From: a virus
IMG/VR virus record: IMGVR_UViG_3300035698_007281
Span: 1 to 64,000 of that record
Strand: one strand, 5' to 3'
DNA length: 64,000 nucleotides
Shown here: piece after piece, positions 61,907 through 64,000 of the stretch
How the letters are laid out: each line of letters begins with the position of its first letter
Position numbering within the stretch: the stretch's first letter is position 1
Notes under the pieces: model-generated
The model's database searches: none
What the model was told of the DNA's origin: nothing
What the model saw: the letters and a program-made list of their open reading frames with translations, nothing else
Position numbers and translations under genes: made by a program

Positions 61907-63589
61907 ATGACCGACCGAACCCGCCTATCGAAAAACGCTCCTGTGGCCAAACGGAGGACGCCCTCCGATCAACCCGCCGCCGCCGATGCCCGAGAGGCCC
62001 TGAGGGTGATGGATCCGCCCTCGGCTGATGAACTCGAACACATCCTCGGCAACGTCTCCGACGAGGCCCTGGCCAAGGCGTCCATGTCCGCCGCCATCGC
62101 CGTACAGGGGATGTACGAGACCGGCAAGGCCCTCAAAAACCCTGAGACCGTTGAGGACTGGATCGCCCTGTACCATGACCACGTCTGGGCCTACGCTGGG
62201 ATCTACGCCATCGCCTCGACCATCTCCCGGCTGGAAGTCCAACTCTATCAGAAGCCGAAGAAGGGTCAACTCGACGAGGACGGCCAACCGGCCGGACCGA
62301 TCCGGATCTACGACCACCCGATCCTGGACCGCCTCCAGAAACCGAACGATTCCCAAACCGGGTACGACCTCATGGAGATGTTGGTGATCTACCTGGAGAC
62401 CGCCGGTGAGGGGTACTGGGAGGTGGTGTGGGGGCGCGAGGCCAAGGTCCAGGTCACAACCGGGAAGCGGATCGTCCCGAAGACCGGCCTGAACATCCCG
62501 ACCGAACTCTACAACATCAGGCCGTCCAGGATCACACCTCGGCCCGACAAGGCCGGGAAGGGTATCAAGGAGTATGTGTACCAACTGAAAATGTATGCCA
62601 AGAAACACGAGTTCTCCAGGGATCAGGTCATCCCATTCATGTACGCCAACCCCCTCCAGGACTGGGCCGGTCAAGGTTCACTGGAGGCCGCCGTGGATGA
62701 CCTCCGTGGCGACAAACAGATGGCCCAGTGGAACAACGATTTCTTCAAGAACGGGGCGACCCCCGAGGGGATCATCCGGACTGACCAAAACATGACCGTC
62801 AACGAACTGAAGGTCATCGGCGCGCAGATCCGCCAGTTCCTCAAGGGCAAGGGGCGGAACATCCTCCTCCTGACCAAAGGCCTGGAGTGGCAAACGATCT
62901 CTCTGGATCCGAAGGACGTGGACTTCCTGGAGGGGCGCAAAGCCAAGCGCGAGGCCATCCTGGCCTGTCTGGGTGTGCCTCCCTGCAAGGTCGGCCTCCT
63001 CGATTCGGCCAAGTACGACAACTACCGCCTCCAACTCTCCGCGTTCGCCCAGGACACCGTGATCCCGAAGGTCCGGAAACTGGAGAGCGTCTTCAACTGC
63101 TACCTCGCCCCCCTGTATTCTGTCGAGAAACTCCTCCCGCCTGGGTTCGCCGGGCTGACAGCAATCCAGCAAAAGACGGCCCTGACCAGGGCCAAGGAAC
63201 TCGCCCTCGTCGATGAAACGGACAACGCCACACACTACCTGACAATTGACGTGGGTCCGATCACTCGTGAGGACGAGGACAAGCTGACTGACCGGTTGGT
63301 CAAACAGATGGAGACCGGTCTGGTCACACCGGATGAGGCCCGCGAAGTCCTGGGCCGGAAGGCGTGGAAGGGCCAGAAGGGCGGGGACAAGTTCTACATG
63401 AAGACCACCCTTACCGAGGTGGGGACGGTTCCCGCCGGAGGGGAGACCGGGCTGGAAGGCCAAAGCGACATCATGTCCAAACGCCTGGAATCCCTGGAGC
63501 ATGGTCTGACCGAGGAACTGGGCCTGATCAAGGCGGAACTGATCGAGATCATCGCCGCCGAGGTGACCAGACGGGTCCGAGAGGCCTGA
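61907..63589 (+). CDS. Portal protein (HK97-like)
   Basis: WAYA.I.AIA..I, HP....L..PN, L..AGE.YW, FF.NGA.P, D..F.E.R...I....GVPP..VG, TPDEAR..LG. Confidence 0.92.
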   Translation: MTDRTRLSKNAPVAKRRTPSDQPAAADAREALRVMDPPSADELEHILGNVSDEALAKASMSAAIAVQGMYETGKALKNPETVEDWIALYHDHVWAYAGIYAIASTISRLEVQLYQKPKKGQLDEDGQPAGPIRIYDHPILDRLQKPNDSQTGYDLMEMLVIYLETAGEGYWEVVWGREAKVQVTTGKRIVPKTGLNIPTELYNIRPSRITPRPDKAGKGIKEYVYQLKMYAKKHEFSRDQVIPFMYANPLQDWAGQGSLEAAVDDLRGDKQMAQWNNDFFKNGATPEGIIRTDQNMTVNELKVIGAQIRQFLKGKGRNILLLTKGLEWQTISLDPKDVDFLEGRKAKREAILACLGVPPCKVGLLDSAKYDNYRLQLSAFAQDTVIPKVRKLESVFNCYLAPLYSVEKLLPPGFAGLTAIQQKTALTRAKELALVDETDNATHYLTIDVGPITREDEDKLTDRLVKQMETGLVTPDEAREVLGRKAWKGQKGGDKFYMKTTLTEVGTVPAGGETGLEGQSDIMSKRLESLEHGLTEELGLIKAELIEIIAAEVTRRVREA

Positions 63590-63608
63590 TCTCCTGGAGA
63601 GACCCCCG

Positions 63609-64000
63609 ATGGACCTTGCAACCAAGAAGATCAACGAGAAACGCCTCAGGGGAGACCTTGGGGCCATCTCGACGGTGTTGGACCAGATCCGGGAGAACAA
63701 GTACCTCACGGTGGAGGTCAAGGAGGGGGATGACACCCAAGCCGTCCTGGTCCATCCGGGTCTCCTGGCGTTCCTGGTGGACATGTATGACCGCCTGTGT
63801 GAGGCCCAGGCCACGCCGGATTGGGGGGCGTTGCGGGCTGAGTCCCGTAAGTTCAAACGAATCGCCGCCTCGGTGACAAGGGAGTTGGCTAAGATGGGGG
63901 GTGCGGAGAGGATCTCCGAGGATCTGTGGACGGAGATCAAGACCAGTATCTTCGAGGCCATCGAGGGGGGCCAGGAAGTCTGGACCGAGAACCGTGACCC
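63609..64000 (+). CDS. Partial ORF after the portal (head morphogenesis region), truncated by the window end
   Basis: ATG 63609 with GGAG RBS; open to the end of the window. Confidence 0.55.
   Translation, partial: MDLATKKINEKRLRGDLGAISTVLDQIRENKYLTVEVKEGDDTQAVLVHPGLLAFLVDMYDRLCEAQATPDWGALRAESRKFKRIAASVTRELAKMGGAERISEDLWTEIKTSIFEAIEGGQEVWTENRD

Noticed and set aside
1-64000. Stop-codon reassignment, tRNA genes, integrase or att sites
   Set aside because: Conserved genes are full length and end in TAA, TAG or TGA; no cloverleaf or recombinase motifs seen by eye

Overview
This window is most of the genome of a GC-rich tailed dsDNA phage (siphovirus-type Caudoviricetes). No integrase, tRNA or CRISPR array is visible, and the host cannot be assigned from this sequence. 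Layout: 1-13.7 kb (+) accessory virion, head-tail joining and tail genes, including two tail-tube paralogues, a frameshifted tail chaperone and the tape measure; 13.7-15.7 kb a glycosyltransferase-like gene, a u-spanin-like lipoprotein and a lipoprotein serine protease; 15.7-45.8 kb (-) a sigma-like factor, two arrays of small early genes each behind repeated sigma70 promoter cassettes, SNF2 helicase, DnaB, primase, a six-enzyme glycan-modification cluster, split SbcC/SbcD, RuvC, RecA, SSB, clamp loader, DUF932 and an HD hydrolase; 46.2-64 kb (+) degenerate GATase and QueD, beta clamp, a split family-A polymerase interrupted by a DNA methyltransferase, GT2, HNH, DUF550, terminase and portal. 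Three observations stand out. (1) The methyltransferase carries two antisense HNH endonuclease cassettes, each with its own promoter and RBS, inserted without breaking the sense reading frame. (2) Ser-Asp dipeptides are strongly enriched in most predicted surface virion proteins, alongside four phage glycosyltransferases, suggesting virion glycosylation at an SD sequon. (3) A roughly 290-nt two-domain structured RNA lies behind a strong promoter at 41.8-42.1 kb. All counts are by hand and all family assignments are from motif recognition, not database searches.
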